DNA of 32,205 nucleotides from NCBI RefSeq assembly GCF_000760515.2, contig NW_013546290.1, positions 1 to 32,205 on the forward strand. Direction: 5' to 3'. Below are positions 29,923-32,205 of this stretch, one piece after another. Both the position numbers and the translations under genes were made by a program. The notes beneath the pieces were generated by a model. It was not told where the DNA came from, ran no database searches, and saw only the letters and a list, made by a program, of their open reading frames with translations. This DNA is from Mitosporidium daphniae (taxonomy: Eukaryota). Numbering within the stretch: the stretch's first letter is position 1; every line of letters starts with the position of its first letter.

Positions 29923-31575
29923 ATGACTTTGGCAAGAAGTCGGATTCGCTTTCCCATTCGATGGTTGTCACCCTTTAAAAGACTATTTTCATCGGCATCG
30001 GCATCGGCATCGGCATCGTCGTTTTCCTCTTCATCCTCGCCGCTCAACATACTCCCAACAAATGGAGAGATTTTGCCATGCACTCACCCTCATCTTTTAA
30101 ATAGAAATGAAGGTTTCATTTGATCCTTATAAGTAGTGATGCCGGGAATCGATTTGGACATCTTCTCCAGCCGTAGGAGACTGCTCGCAAAAGCTCTTCC
30201 AGAGAAAAGCTTGATTTTGATTGTTGGAAATAGACTACGGTTTGCAACTGGGCCTGTATTGTAAATATCTTCGCATCCTCCCTTGATAGCTATCCGTTTC
30301 AGCAAAGCACGAACATGCTTTATCTTTGTGGCTTTGATGAGCCTGAAAGTGCGCTTCTCATATCAGAAACAGGTATCCCAATATTTCTGATCCCATTTAG
30401 GGAGATCGATCCTCTTTTGCGCCAAAGAGGAGGAAGCAAACGTCCAATTTCATGGGACAAATATTGGACCCTCCAGAGCCACGCTGTTTTTTGGCGTCGA
30501 TGATGCCAAATATGCGTCTGAGCTTCCCGGATTTTTAACCGATTTTATTTCATCACATTCGATTAAGCGAATCTTTCATTCTGGCGTGAGTGCGGATTTT
30601 TCCTCCTCATCTGCATCTTTTGCATCGTCCATTTTTCCAGCCATACGTAATTTGCAACGACAGTAAATTTAGATGGAACGCCTCTCCTACCGATTGACGA
30701 CATCATAGAGGGCCACCGCTCTGTTAAAAGCTCCAAGGAAATCGACCTAATTAGAAAGGCTTCCAATGCAATTTCCTTTGGCTTTAACGATGTAAGTCAC
30801 ATATTTGGGGTTTCCTAGGCGCTTAAAGCATGCCATGCTGGCCTTTCAGAGCATGCTTTAGCATCCATAATATCCCATGGGGCAATTGTGAAAGGAAATG
30901 CCACCAGCCTCTCTTATGAACCTGTTGTTGCGGGATCCGAAAATGCACTTGTCTTGCACTACACGAAAAATCGAGCACTTTTACGGCAGGGTTCTCTTGT
31001 GCTAATTGATGCTGGGGCTTTATATTTTCACTATCGTTCAGATGTTTCCAGGACCTTCCCGGTGTCTGGAAGATTTTCAGACCCTCAAAAGGAACTGTAT
31101 ACGGTTGTCCTCAATACTTTAAAGTATTGCACACAGGTAGCTTCCGTTTGCATAACAGTAGATGTGCAGTGAGAAATTGGGATACTCTATTTCCGACATA
31201 TATACGGCATCGGTGTATCTTCTGCATGAGGGGCTTAACAAGCTTGGATTTTCGGTTTCAATGCGCGATTTGACAAGGAATCTTTACTTTCACAACATTG
31301 GCCACCATATTGGCCTCGATTTACATGATGTGCCATCTTATTCTCAGGATAAAAAACTTGTAGCCGGCAATGTCATTACAATTGAGCCGGGCTTGTACAT
31401 TCCCAGAAGCGCAAAATACCCATCAAAGTGCCGGTTATCCATTTAACGACATAGGTACCACGGGCTTGGAATAAGGCTAGAAAACAACATTGCCGTTGGG
31501 TGGAGCACATTTGAGAATCTCACGGAGAGCATTCCAGTTGAAATTGAGGACATTGAAGGGAAAATGTCAAAGTGA
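29923..31575 (+). CDS. ICP55: Mitochondrial intermediate cleaving peptidase Icp55/XPNPEP3 (M24B aminopeptidase P family)
   Basis: Presequence-like MTLARSRIRFPIRWLSPFKRLFS; THPHLL...PGI; VFYPFQQ..MLYLCGFDEP; metal ligands IDAG, SDVSRT, HHIGLDLHD, TIEPG, IRLE. Introns 30113-30133 (or 30136), 30261-30289, 30373-30400, 30647-30672, 30792-30818, 31137-31161, 31428-31454. Confidence 0.88.
29992..30018 (+). repeat. (TCGGCA)4 hexamer repeat encoding SASASASAS in the ICP55 N-terminus
   Basis: tcggcatcggcatcggcatcggcatcg. Confidence 0.85.
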
Positions 31576-31708
31576 CGCCATACACAGATTTTTCAAGATC
31601 TCAAAGCGACGCCACACGCCAATCTTGCAACTTGTTACCCTACGGCCGGGTGTGCAATTCTTCATAAATAGCAAATTTTATTGTCCAATTTAATTAATGT
31701 ATTAATTT

Positions 31709-32205
31709 ATGTCAGAGCTTATCCTGCTCATCGCTCTGCTTTTAAACGCACGTGGTTCGCTACAAAGAGATGACGGCCTTCCAATCGACGCATATGCATG
31801 CGTGGAGGACAACAATCCACGCATTCTTTTTTTAAAGTCAAACGACGCAATCATGGTTGCGACGGACGAACAATGTATCCCAACCAACATATTTTCTTCC
31901 ATTTCGTCGATTTCTTCCGCTTTCCATTCAAATATGGCAGTAAATTACACCTTTTTTAGGGATTTTTTGTTGATTCCACTAAAGTTCCACGACTACCTAT
32001 TTTGGAGAGTCTATCGGTCCGGGATATTTGCCTTTTTACAAAAATTTTCTTCCTGTGCCATTGTCATTGTATTTATCCTGGTGCTGCTGCCGATTCTTTA
32101 TGCAAAATATAAAAGCGAGTATGAAAAGAATGCCATTTCTGAGCCCTCAGATCCACACGCAAAATATTCTTTTACCAGGATCTTCAAACCGCTTTTGGGT
32201 CCACT
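31709..32205 (+). CDS. Unknown protein with predicted signal peptide and one transmembrane helix (partial, runs off the window)
   Basis: Frame open from ATG 31709 to the window end: MSELILLIALLLNARG...CAIVIVFILVLLPILYAKYK. AT-rich upstream sequence. Absent from the ORF track because it has no stop. Confidence 0.65.
   Translation, partial: MSELILLIALLLNARGSLQRDDGLPIDAYACVEDNNPRILFLKSNDAIMVATDEQCIPTNIFSSISSISSAFHSNMAVNYTFFRDFLLIPLKFHDYLFWRVYRSGIFAFLQKFSSCAIVIVFILVLLPILYAKYKSEYEKNAISEPSDPHAKYSFTRIFKPLLGP

Noticed and set aside
29877..30083. Acidic DADADAD ORF as an APC10 N-terminal exon
   Set aside because: Antisense reading of the ICP55 SASASAS repeat; no clean micro-intron joins it to APC10.
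31702..31902. 66-aa minus-strand ORF as the last gene
   Set aside because: Antisense to a longer + frame that has signal peptide and transmembrane features.

Overview
Very gene-dense eukaryotic DNA (fungal-like, standard genetic code, AT-rich spacers). It holds about 19 complete protein-coding genes plus partial genes at both edges, interrupted by about 50 manually inferred GT-AG micro-introns of about 21-37 nt, which is why the ORF track is fragmented. Gene order: partial unknown gene, galE/GAL10 (one in-frame TAA), TFB1, VPS53, COPA, folylpolyglutamate/dihydrofolate synthase, forkhead TF, ESF1, a septin with degenerate GTPase motifs, SDH2, PGK1, TGS1, YRA1/ALYREF, RSC9/ARID2-like, PTC7, a degenerate bHLH protein, UTP7, ATG5, APC10, ICP55 and the start of an unknown membrane protein. 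Tiny introns, overlapping genes, 20-60 bp bidirectional promoters, divergent proteins and a retained respiratory mitochondrion suggest an early-branching microsporidian or Rozellomycota-type parasite such as Mitosporidium (inference, not database-checked). Highlights: a probable pseudo-GTPase septin, a premature stop in galE, zinc fingers apparently inserted into an RFX domain, NPF motifs inserted into VPS53, and two candidate structured non-coding RNAs. All gene models and homology calls are by eye from recalled family motifs.
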